Assembly (NCBI GenBank): GCA_038241275.1
Contig: JBBRFX010000002.1
Coordinates: 6,218-70,217, forward strand
Length of the DNA: 64,000 bases
From: Chitinophagales bacterium
GTDB taxonomy: Bacteria > Bacteroidota > Bacteroidia > Chitinophagales > Chitinophagaceae
Reading direction: 5' to 3'
A model generated the notes under the pieces. It had not been told where the DNA came from. It did not search any database and saw only the letters and a list, made by a program, of their open reading frames with translations. Position numbers and translations under genes: made by a program. Shown in pieces: positions 19,886 through 27,796 of this stretch (position 1 is its first letter; each line of letters begins with the position of its first letter).

Positions 19886-21250
19886 CTATTGATTTTTTAA
19901 AAAATCCCTCCACCAATAGCCAGAATCTTTTATGGTACGTAGTTGTGTTTTGTGATCTGTGTGCACCAGCCCAAAACGGGCTTTGTAACCCTCGGCCCAT
20001 TCAAAATTATCCATCAGCGTCCAGGCAAAATAACCACTGATGTTAATGCTGTTTTGTTTGGCCTTGTAAAGAGCTGCAAGGTATTGTTCAAAATAAGCAA
20101 TACGTTCTACATCCTTAATGCGGGCGTTTTTTAGTTCATCTTTAAAGGCTGCGCCATTTTCGGTAATCATGATTTCTTTTACAGAGCCGTATTTCCAAAA
20201 CCGTTTAATAATGCGGTAAAAACTTTCTGCATTTATCTCCCAGCCCATGGCAGTATAAGGTACTTTTCGGGTGCTGGCTTTTACTTCGCTTGCCTGAACA
20301 ATGGGGATAAGGCTGTTATGCCGGATAGTGAGTGGAAAATAATTTTGTAATCCAATAAAATCAAAATCAAAGGTCATCCGTTCTGTATATTTCCATGCTT
20401 TATTGTGCATCTCCAGTTTTTCTAAAAATTTAAAATCATCTCTTGGATATCCTTTACCAAGGGCTGGCTCTATAAAAAGCCTGTTCATTAAAATGTCTAT
20501 CCTGTTGGCTGCTTTTTTATCTTCAGGACGGTCGCTGGCAGGCATTATTTCGGAACAGGAAAAGCTGGTGCCTATATGAGCTTTGGGCACCAGGGCACGA
20601 ATGATTCTTCCTCCATCAGCCTGCGCAAGCACGGCATGATGTATAGCGGGCAAAAAATGATCAAGCCCTGTTTTACCGGGCGCATGTTTGCCCATCATAT
20701 AACCCAGGCTGGTAAAACCCATAGGTTCATTCAGGATAATCCAGTTTTTTACCCTGTCGCCAAAAGCTTCTGCACATACAGTAGCAAAACGGGTAAACCA
20801 TTGCAGCATCCGGTAACTTGTCCACCCGCCCTCTTTTTCAAGTACCTGTGGCAGGTCCCAGTGATAAAGGGTTACAAGCGGAGTTAACCCAATTTTTAAA
20901 CATTCATCTATCACATTGTTATAAAAAGCTATGCCTTCTTTATTTATTCTGCCAATACCCTCCGGAAGTACACGGCTCCATGAAATAGAAAATCGAAATA
21001 CAGAAAATCCCAGGGCTTTGGCCATCAGCAGGTCTTCTTTATAGCGATGATAAAAATCGCAACTCTCTGTTGGTTTAATGCCGCCTTTTATCTTTCCGGG
21101 TCGTTTGGCAAAAGTGTCCCAAATAGAAGGGCTTCGTCCATCAATATTATGAGCGCCTTCATTTTGTGCAGCAGCAATGGCCACACCCCACAAAAAATCT
21201 TTGCCAAAAGAAGCTGCTGAAGGAACTGAAAATAAAGAAGATGGGTTCAT
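19886..21250 (-). CDS. GH1 beta-glucosidase
   Basis: FRFSISWSR, TLYHWDLP, LNEP, ITENG, DNFEWAEG. Confidence 0.95.
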   Translation of the reverse strand: MNPSSLFSVPSAASFGKDFLWGVAIAAAQNEGAHNIDGRSPSIWDTFAKRPGKIKGGIKPTESCDFYHRYKEDLLMAKALGFSVFRFSISWSRVLPEGIGRINKEGIAFYNNVIDECLKIGLTPLVTLYHWDLPQVLEKEGGWTSYRMLQWFTRFATVCAEAFGDRVKNWIILNEPMGFTSLGYMMGKHAPGKTGLDHFLPAIHHAVLAQADGGRIIRALVPKAHIGTSFSCSEIMPASDRPEDKKAANRIDILMNRLFIEPALGKGYPRDDFKFLEKLEMHNKAWKYTERMTFDFDFIGLQNYFPLTIRHNSLIPIVQASEVKASTRKVPYTAMGWEINAESFYRIIKRFWKYGSVKEIMITENGAAFKDELKNARIKDVERIAYFEQYLAALYKAKQNSINISGYFAWTLMDNFEWAEGYKARFGLVHTDHKTQLRTIKDSGYWWRDFLKNQ

Positions 21251-21366
21251 AAAAAAGTTGAGCTTTCAAAAGTCCTGCAAAGCCAGCAACCGCCAATGTT
21301 AATTTATGATTAAGAAATAAAATAGCCTGTCCGTTTACAAAGAATGCAACCTGATTATTTGCAGGC

Positions 21367-21427
21367 CCATCCCGGATAGCGATCGGGAGGAAACAGCATT
21401 CTCATCCAATACACTTAGACACAGTAG
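21367..21427 (+). repeat. 61-bp direct repeat, left boundary of the cassette array (partner 27139-27199)
   Basis: CCATCCCGGATAGCGATCGGGAGGAAACA(G/A)CATTCTCATCCAATACACTTAGACACAGTAG, one mismatch between copies. Confidence 0.95.
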
Positions 21428-21572
21428 AAAAGATGAAACTACATTTTGATTATCTTCATAAAAAATCCTGTGGGAAAGTGTCTTGGTTTAGGCGCCGTGA
21501 CATATAAATAAAGTAGCATCACAGATTACTTCACGAATAAACATGGGTTTCGTTAAGATTGAACATTTATAA
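21388..21572 (+). pseudogene. C-terminal remnant of a REP-associated tyrosine transposase (RAYT / IS200-IS605 TnpA Y1)
   Basis: Frameshifted reading KQHSHPIHLDTVEKMKLHFDYLHK/NPV...LV*AP*H/YK*SSITDYFTNKHG/VKIEHL* matches recalled RAYT C-terminal motifs (YxHxNPV, W.YxYSS). Confidence 0.7.
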
Positions 21573-21607
21573 TTCTAAATCCGGACACAGTCCGGCAGAA
21601 TTAAAGA

Positions 21608-21648
21608 GTCACAAGTGAGCCGCTGAAGCGGAACACTTGCGCCAGTGG
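21608..21648 (+). mobile_element. Right end (REP hairpin) of the RAYT-type element, copy 1
   Basis: GTCACAAGTG-AG-CCGCTGAAGCGG-AA-CACTTGCGCCAGTGG. Confidence 0.85.
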
Positions 21649-21649
21649 G

Positions 21650-21832
21650 GACCAATACAAGTGGGCTGGAGCCGGAGTGCTTTTAAAAGGACATTCTGAT
21701 GTAACCAATAGGCTTGACCAATGGATGCAAAACAGAGCTCCGGATGGTGACAATGTAAGGGATTATCAATTCAACACTATCGGAATGAAAGCGGCATTTA
21801 TGCAAATGAGTAAAGGATTTTTTAAATTTTAA
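21650..21832 (+). pseudogene. Start-less 60-aa C-terminal fragment, probable polymorphic (Rhs-type) toxin tip
   Basis: Open frame directly after the REP right end: DQYKWAGAG...APDGDNVRDYQFNTIGMKAA...KF*; stop 3 nt before next gene; resembles Ntox44 GDDxxDQ motif. Confidence 0.55.
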
Positions 21833-21835
21833 ATA

Positions 21836-22174
21836 ATGTTTGAAATGAAAAAATCTTCAACACTTCTTATTGTGATTTTATTTTCTCTTTTTATAACAGG
21901 GTGCTATAAAAAATATAGCCGTACAGTTGCTGTTTGTGACGGGAAATTTTTCGTAGAAGTTTACAAACACAATTTTATTGACGTTGCTTACGATTATCTA
22001 ACCAACTCTACTAATTTTAGAATGTATGTTGGCAAGTTCGATTATGAACACGCATATTACAGGTATAACTGCCAAAAAGATTCTATTACAATTTCTGAAA
22101 CCTATGAGGGAAAAGTTACAAATGTCAGGAAATACAGTTTAGTTGATTTGCGTAACAGTAAAGAAGGGTTTTAG
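21836..22174 (+). CDS. Small lipoprotein, putative orphan immunity protein
   Basis: MKK + hydrophobic + ITGC lipobox; directly downstream of a toxin-like fragment. Confidence 0.65.
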   Translation: MFEMKKSSTLLIVILFSLFITGCYKKYSRTVAVCDGKFFVEVYKHNFIDVAYDYLTNSTNFRMYVGKFDYEHAYYRYNCQKDSITISETYEGKVTNVRKYSLVDLRNSKEGF

Positions 22175-22290
22175 TTTTTTTGAGTAATGCTTGCTACAGA
22201 CAGGTGGGCAAAAGCACTAAAAACCCATTGCTGAGCCGGGCGATTACAGCAGCATTAACAAGTCAGGAAATTATAAAAAAACAAAGCCCT

Positions 22291-22535
22291 CCACTGGCGC
22301 AAGTGTTCTGCCGCAGGCAGGTCACTTGTGACAAATAGTACAAGCGGTTTTTAACCGCAGCAGGTACTACCTAAAAAATTTAAAAAATAACTAATTAAAC
22401 TGCTCTTTATAAAGAGATAATAAATGAGCAGGAGTTGATTAAATTTGAACATCTCTAATTCTAATTCCCCGATACAATCGGGGCAGAATTAAAAGTCACA
22501 AGTGAGTCACTAAAGCGGAACACTTGCGCCAGTGG
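22291..22535 (+). mobile_element. ~245-bp non-autonomous REP-doublet mini-element (MITE/REPIN-like), copy 2
   Basis: Terminal inverted repeats CCACTGGCGCAAGTGTTC / GAACACTTGCGCCAGTGG; retains last codons of the transposase (NEQELIKFEHL*). Confidence 0.9.
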
Positions 22536-22536
22536 G

Positions 22537-22824
22537 AGATTTGAAAAGTCAATTAGATTAAATGGAGACGGTGCAATATTTTATGGAAAGGGATTACTCG
22601 CAAACTGGAGCAATGCCGTTGCAGAAATTAATGCGTATAGTGCGCAATATGGGTTTGACCAAAATTCTTTGCCATCGTCGACAACGGGAGGAGTTCCGCA
22701 AACTGCGAGTGCAATTAACAGTCGTTATGTTGCTGGAATAAATGATCAAGGTGAGCCTCTTTATCCTTATGTTGTGACTTTGGTTAATAGCCTATCTAAA
22801 ATACTTTTCAAATTATTAAAATGA
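22537..22824 (+). pseudogene. Start-less 95-aa C-terminal fragment of an Rhs-like toxin
   Basis: Open frame after REP end: ...AEINAYSAQYGFDQNSLP...INSRYVAGINDQGEPLYP...LK*; TGA overlaps next ATG (ATGA). Confidence 0.65.
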
Positions 22825-23498
22825 AAAATGTTGTCATGTTTAGTCTGATTTTAGGAGGGTATTTTACAAACGATAGTTGTAACACTGTTTCTAATATTGA
22901 TGGAAATTTTTCTGAGGCTTTAAAAAACCAAAATTCTAGCTCTGAAATTAGACTTTCCAGCGGGACAAGACGTTTTGAATATTCGAAAAGGACGGAAGGA
23001 AGTATATTAAAATATTCAGCTGGTACATGGATGCAAACTAAAAAAACGATTATATTAAATGGTTTTACAGCTGACAAAATTGACTCTGTTGATATTCAAG
23101 CTAAAATACAGAGTCATGCTGCAAGCGATAATCTCGTTAACATTACGTTCCCACATCGCTATCTTGACAATTATACTAAGGCTTATCTTCTGATCAATAG
23201 TAATCCAGGTATTCTTTTAAACGGAGACACGGTATTAACAGTTCGAGAACCCATTACGTCTATACAGATAAAATGCTTTCTTGAGATGCAGGATTTTATA
23301 TTCCGTGGCCCGCAATTAATTGACACGCTATATTCTCCACGAATAAAACCGGTTAGAAGTGACACATATCAATCTATCTTTCTACAATTTGATCTTCGTT
23401 TAGAAGATTTTTACAGGGTTAAATTGACAGATACGATATTCATCAAAAGCAATCGAAGACTAAATTGGCATAATGTGCGATTCAAAAAGCTAAAATGA
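22821..23498 (+). CDS. Hypothetical exported protein, putative orphan immunity protein
   Basis: 225-aa ORF translationally coupled to the toxin-tip fragment; degenerate signal/lipobox (DSC). Confidence 0.6.
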   Translation: MKNVVMFSLILGGYFTNDSCNTVSNIDGNFSEALKNQNSSSEIRLSSGTRRFEYSKRTEGSILKYSAGTWMQTKKTIILNGFTADKIDSVDIQAKIQSHAASDNLVNITFPHRYLDNYTKAYLLINSNPGILLNGDTVLTVREPITSIQIKCFLEMQDFIFRGPQLIDTLYSPRIKPVRSDTYQSIFLQFDLRLEDFYRVKLTDTIFIKSNRRLNWHNVRFKKLK

Positions 23499-23559
23499 TA
23501 ACTTTTTAAAGGAGACTCATTATTATTCGGGTGGTTTAGTTATGAGCGGCATTAGCCCT

Positions 23560-23801
23560 CCACTGGCGCAAGTGTTCTGCCGCAGGCAGGTCACTTGTGA
23601 CAAATAGTACAAGCGGTTTTTAACCCCAGCAGGTACTACCTAAAAAATTTAAATAATAACTAATTAAACTGCTCTTTATACTGGGACAATAAATGAGCAG
23701 GAGTTGATTAAATTTGAACATCTCTAATTCTAATTCCCCGATACAATCGGGGCAGAATTAAAAGTCACAAGTGAGCCACTAAAGCGGAACACATGCCAGG
23801 G
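23560..23801 (+). mobile_element. ~245-bp REP-doublet mini-element, copy 3 (right end slightly eroded)
   Basis: Near-identical to 22291-22535. Confidence 0.9.
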
Positions 23802-24107
23802 GGGCAATCCAGAAAGCATTTGTGACGAGGGCGCCTAACAGTGATGGAGTGGAACTACAAAGCCGGCGAAAAATATTTGCGGGAAGAGTTTTAAAGTGGT
23901 TGGTTCCTGAATCTGACTAATCTCTTTTCAAAATCTGATGAAAATTCCGCTCTTTTCTGCAGCAGCCGTACTTAAGGTTGAACATTTCAACTTGAAATTT
24001 CGTTCATGTCGAAAATATACACTATTTTCACTATGAAATAATAGTGATGTCGAACTGCCTGTAACTTAAAATGGTTGGTGGAGAAATTAATAACAAAATT
24101 CATCCTA

Positions 24108-25199
24108 ATGGCATACCAAAAGGATTCGCCTTTTAACGAACTTCCCAATTTGCCTCCGCCAGGCTTTACCGAATCACCGGAAATATTGAGGCACCTTGCA
24201 AAGGCTTCCCGGTATTTAGGCGAGCTAAATGGCCTTTGTGCTTCCCTGCCAGACTCTCAGTTGCTTATCAATACAATTGTACTTCAGGAAAGTAAAGACA
24301 GTTCAGCTATTGAAAATATTGTTACTACACAAGACGAATTATACAAAGCTGCAACCGAAGAAGGCACAGCAAACCATGCAGCCAAAGAAGTGCTCAGTTA
24401 TAGGAAAGCTTTATATGTAGGGCTTGAAAAAATGAGCGCCCAAAAAAATTTATTGCTTACAAATACAATGATAGAAGTTGTACAAACAATTAAGCAAAAT
24501 AAATCGGGTATAAGAAACTCAGCCGGCACCGCATTAAAAAATGCAATAAATGGCGAAATTATTTATACACCGCCTTGTTGTGAAGATGTGCTGAGCCTTA
24601 AATTAACCGCATTAGAACAGTTTATTAATGACCCTGAATTATCTGACTTAGACCCGTTAGTAAAGATGGCTTTAATCCACTACCAGTTTGAAGCCATACA
24701 CCCTTTTGCAGATGGAAATGGAAGAACCGGAAGGATAATAAACGCATTGTACCTGGTACAACAGGAATTATTATCGCAGCCGGTGCTTTACCTTAGTTCT
24801 TACATTGTAAAATATAAAACTGAATACTATCAGTTGTTAAGAACTGTAACAGAAAAAGATAACTGGCACGACTGGATAATGTTCATTCTTACCGCATTAA
24901 TTGAAACTGCACAGCTTACCACCAGAAAAATAAGAGCAATGCTTGCATTAAAGGAAGCGTTTGAAAAGCAGATGAAAGAAGTACTGGGCGCTTCATTCAG
25001 CTACGAATTACTGCAGTTGATGTTTACTTTGCCTTACCTAAAAATTGAGTTATTAGAAAAAAGAGAAATAGCACACCGCCAAACTGCATCAACCTGGCTA
25101 AAGAAACTTACTGATGCCGGCATTGTAAAACCACAAAAAATTGGCAGAACAACTTATTATATCAATTACAGGTTGATGGAATTATTATCAAGTAACTAA
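24108..25199 (+). CDS. Fic family protein with N-terminal Fic/DOC domain and C-terminal HTH
   Basis: HPFADGNGRTGR catalytic motif; N-terminal SSAIEN inhibitory motif (class II Fic); ATG at 24108. Confidence 0.92.
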   Translation: MAYQKDSPFNELPNLPPPGFTESPEILRHLAKASRYLGELNGLCASLPDSQLLINTIVLQESKDSSAIENIVTTQDELYKAATEEGTANHAAKEVLSYRKALYVGLEKMSAQKNLLLTNTMIEVVQTIKQNKSGIRNSAGTALKNAINGEIIYTPPCCEDVLSLKLTALEQFINDPELSDLDPLVKMALIHYQFEAIHPFADGNGRTGRIINALYLVQQELLSQPVLYLSSYIVKYKTEYYQLLRTVTEKDNWHDWIMFILTALIETAQLTTRKIRAMLALKEAFEKQMKEVLGASFSYELLQLMFTLPYLKIELLEKREIAHRQTASTWLKKLTDAGIVKPQKIGRTTYYINYRLMELLSSN

Positions 25200-25204
25200 T
25201 CCTC

Positions 25205-25447
25205 TCACTGGCGCAGTGTTCTGCCGCAGACAGCTCACTTGTGACAAATAATACAAGCGGTTTAACTGCAGCAGGTACTACCTAAAAAATTTAAACTATA
25301 ACTAATTAAACTGCTCTTTATACTGGGACAATAAATGAACAGGAGTTGATTAAATTTGAACATCTCTAATTCTAATTCCCCGATACAATCGGGGCAGAAT
25401 TAAAGCGTCACAAGTGAGCCGCTGAAGCGGAACACTTGCGCCAGTGG
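25205..25447 (+). mobile_element. ~245-bp REP-doublet mini-element, copy 4
   Basis: Near-identical to copies 2 and 3; begins about 5 nt after the Fic stop codon. Confidence 0.9.
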
Positions 25448-25454
25448 GGGGAGA

Positions 25455-25658
25455 GAGAATATGTTTTTTATCTTCATCCGGAAAGCTTGCAATATCATTA
25501 AGCCTTTTAAGCATGGCAGTATCTTTAAGCACTTCATGTTTTTTACTCTCAACTAACAAGTAACCAACTGTTGTATATAATGCGGCGGCAATATTTTTAA
25601 CCACATCAATAGAAGGGTTTACTTCATCCCGTTCATACTTGCCAATGATGGAATGAGT
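25455..25658 (-). pseudogene. Internal fragment of an XRE-family HTH regulator
   Basis: THSIIGKYERDEVNPSIDVVKNIAAALYTTVGYLL...DEDKKHIL, lacking start and truncated by the REP end. Confidence 0.75.
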
Positions 25659-25782
25659 TGCAAGCCCTAAGCTATATTAACTGGACAGTGATTCCGTGTC
25701 CATCAAACATGCAAAGCTCCTCATCTGCATTCAAAAATCGGGCTGAGCACTTTCATATCACCCATAATTCTGTAACGCCTCG

Positions 25783-26730
25783 TCAAGATTTGTGTGTGGG
25801 AGGGATGTTTTTCTTTTTACCGAAAACTGTTTTCACCAGCAACACAATTTTCTCTGCAACAAACCCTACTATCAGTCCGCCGATGGCGCAGGAAAGTACT
25901 TTAGCAAGCCAGGCAACTGCCGGAATGTGCGCAAGCGCTTCTTCTAGATCATCCAGTAAATGGCTGGTGAAAGGAATGCCATGCGCTATGATTTCGGCAC
26001 CTACCCAAAGCATGGCTGCTGTGCCCACATAACTAAGGATACGGAGGAAGTGCGGCATAGCTTTTACAATGCCACGTCCAAACTTTTGAACAACAGGGTT
26101 GAATTTATCTTTTGCCAGATGTACACCTATATCGTCTGCTTTTACAATAAGGCCAACAAAGCCATAGACTGCTATCGTAATAAAAATTGCAACGGCCAAC
26201 ATGACCACTATTTGGTTTAGTATGGGCTGACCAGTTACCTGGCTGTAAGCAATGGCCATAATTTCTGCCGACAAAATGATATCTGTTCGCACGGCTCCCG
26301 TTACCCGTTCTTTCTCCAGTTCCTCTGGTGTAATTTGCTGTATCGCCTCGCTGTCGGGCTCTACCCCGGGGTGCTTGCTAAACATTTGATGTACTTTTTC
26401 GTAGCCTTCAAAACACAGATAGGCACCTCCCAACATTAAAACCGGTGTTATAGCCCAAGGTGCAAAGTAACCAAGTAACAAAGCCGCAGGGCTTAGGATG
26501 AGCAGTTTGTTTATGAGGGATTTTTTTGCAATCCTATAAATAATCGAAAGTTCTCTTGATGGATCGAGGCCTACCACATACTTTGGGGTAACGGCAGTAT
26601 CGTCTATAACAATGCCAGAAACTTTACCTGTTGTTTTTGCTACCTGTGCAGGCACATCATCTAAACTTGCAGCGCTTACTTTTACCAAAGCCGAAATATC
26701 ATCTAATAGAGCAAAAAATCCTGAAGCCAT
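25783..26730 (-). CDS. DUF808 (YedI-like) inner-membrane protein
   Basis: MASGFFALLDDI, GIVIDDTAVTP, AVRTDIILSAEIM. Confidence 0.9.
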   Translation of the reverse strand: MASGFFALLDDISALVKVSAASLDDVPAQVAKTTGKVSGIVIDDTAVTPKYVVGLDPSRELSIIYRIAKKSLINKLLILSPAALLLGYFAPWAITPVLMLGGAYLCFEGYEKVHQMFSKHPGVEPDSEAIQQITPEELEKERVTGAVRTDIILSAEIMAIAYSQVTGQPILNQIVVMLAVAIFITIAVYGFVGLIVKADDIGVHLAKDKFNPVVQKFGRGIVKAMPHFLRILSYVGTAAMLWVGAEIIAHGIPFTSHLLDDLEEALAHIPAVAWLAKVLSCAIGGLIVGFVAEKIVLLVKTVFGKKKNIPPTHKS

Positions 26731-26864
26731 GTGCCAAGTTATTTTAAATTCAATTCTTAATTAAACCTCATCATACATTCCCCGTCAAAACCGGCAGCAA
26801 GTTAAGCGCAGGTTTTTACATAACAAGTTTGTTAGTAATAATTAGATATCACTCCATTTTGTGC

Positions 26865-26980
26865 CCACTGGCGCAAGTGTTCTGCCGCAGTCAGTTCACT
26901 TGTGACAAATAGTACAAGCGGTTTTTAACCGCAGCAGTAACTATCTAACAATGTAGACAATAACTAATTAAACTGCTCTT
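26865..26980 (+). mobile_element. Left end of the RAYT-type element, copy 5
   Basis: CCACTGGCGCAAGTGTTC...CACTTGTGACAAATAGTACAAGCGGTTTTTAACCGC. Confidence 0.85.
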
Positions 26981-27019
26981 TTTTATGCTAAGACATTGTT
27001 GTTTTAATGTTCGTTTCAA

Positions 27020-27199
27020 ATGAACAGAACAGTGAACGCATTGTGAGCGACTTAGCTTTTTATTAAATTTTCTGTTGCGGGTTGTTAGATGTGTTTAGTC
27101 GGTAAATTATAGTTTTATATAATAAACAATAATGAATACCATCCCGGATAGCGATCGGGAGGAAACAACATTCTCATCCAATACACTTAGACACAGTAG
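27020..27199 (+). pseudogene. N-terminal/internal remnant of the same RAYT transposase
   Basis: FIKFSVAG(W)LDVFSR with one frameshift, then NNNEY-[palindrome]-KQHSHPIHLDTV; matches recalled RAYT motifs FITFxVVGWxDVFxR and NxxYQFW. Confidence 0.65.
27139..27199 (+). repeat. 61-bp direct repeat, right boundary of the cassette array
   Basis: Matches 21367-21427. Confidence 0.95.
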
Positions 27200-27280
27200 G
27201 GCTGGTTATGAATGGGATAATCAGTAAGGTTGCGGAGAAAAAATACAACCAGATTATTTACTGGCCATCCTTAATAAAAA

Positions 27281-27420
27281 AGGCTGTCTCAAAAGGAAAT
27301 ACATTTCACACAAAGACCGCAAAGCAATACAAAGATTACAAAGCGTTCGGTTGATCACCAATCGTTGTTTCATGGCCTCCTTTGTTTCGTTGTGTGAAAT
27401 TTTCAATTTTGATACAGCCT
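27281..27420. mobile_element. 140-bp MITE-like element with IS1182-like terminal inverted repeats
   Basis: AGGCTGTCTCAAAA ... TTTTGATACAGCCT; interior homologous in reverse to 40471-40610. Confidence 0.65.
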
Positions 27421-27476
27421 CGTGTATTTGTTACCACTTTTACTTTATACCGCAATATTTTGATCATGCGCAAAGC

Positions 27477-27726
27477 TTACCATCGCAGCACCCATGCAAA
27501 AATAAAGGGTGCCACAATCATCGCATCACTCTAATGTGGTAAGCATATCTTCTGCCTGGCCGCTGCGGTTTTTTGTTGCTATTCCGTAGGTTCTTAATTC
27601 AGGCAAAAAAGAAGCGTCCGCAGCGTTTATGGCAAGTTCTTTTGCAGGTACAGGGTCGGGCGTATTATAACCTCCTTTGCCACAGGCAGCAATAAATACC
27701 AATGAAAGAAAAAATAATCTGTTCAT
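27477..27726 (-). pseudogene. Chimeric relic: GH53 N-terminus joined to a DHS-family C-terminus
   Basis: 27726-27529 is paralogous to the GH53 N-terminus (IAACGK...DASFLPE...AEDMLTTL); 27530-27477 reads SDAMIVAPFIFAWVLRW* versus DHS SDATIVAPLIFAWVLGW*. Confidence 0.8.
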
Positions 27727-27796
27727 AAAGCAGCATTTGGCGTTAACAATAAAGTGCAGAGACAGGCGATAAATCCTGTTTCATGCAGCCGCAATC

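Noticed and set aside
25350-25604. 84-aa ORF as a real gene
   Set aside because: Chimera of the XRE fragment reading into the reverse strand of repeat copy 4.
25658-26220. Plus-strand ORFs of 124 and 86 aa
   Set aside because: Antisense shadows of the DUF808 gene; the same applies to the many short ORFs nested in long genes throughout the track.
21608-26980. CRISPR array or classical integron
   Set aside because: Repeats are ~245 bp with gene-sized spacers; no cas genes or tyrosine integrase (intI); ends match a Y1-transposase element rather than attC.
27351-27542. 63-aa ORF
   Set aside because: Spans the MITE and the antisense of the DHS/GH53 relic; no recognisable coding features.
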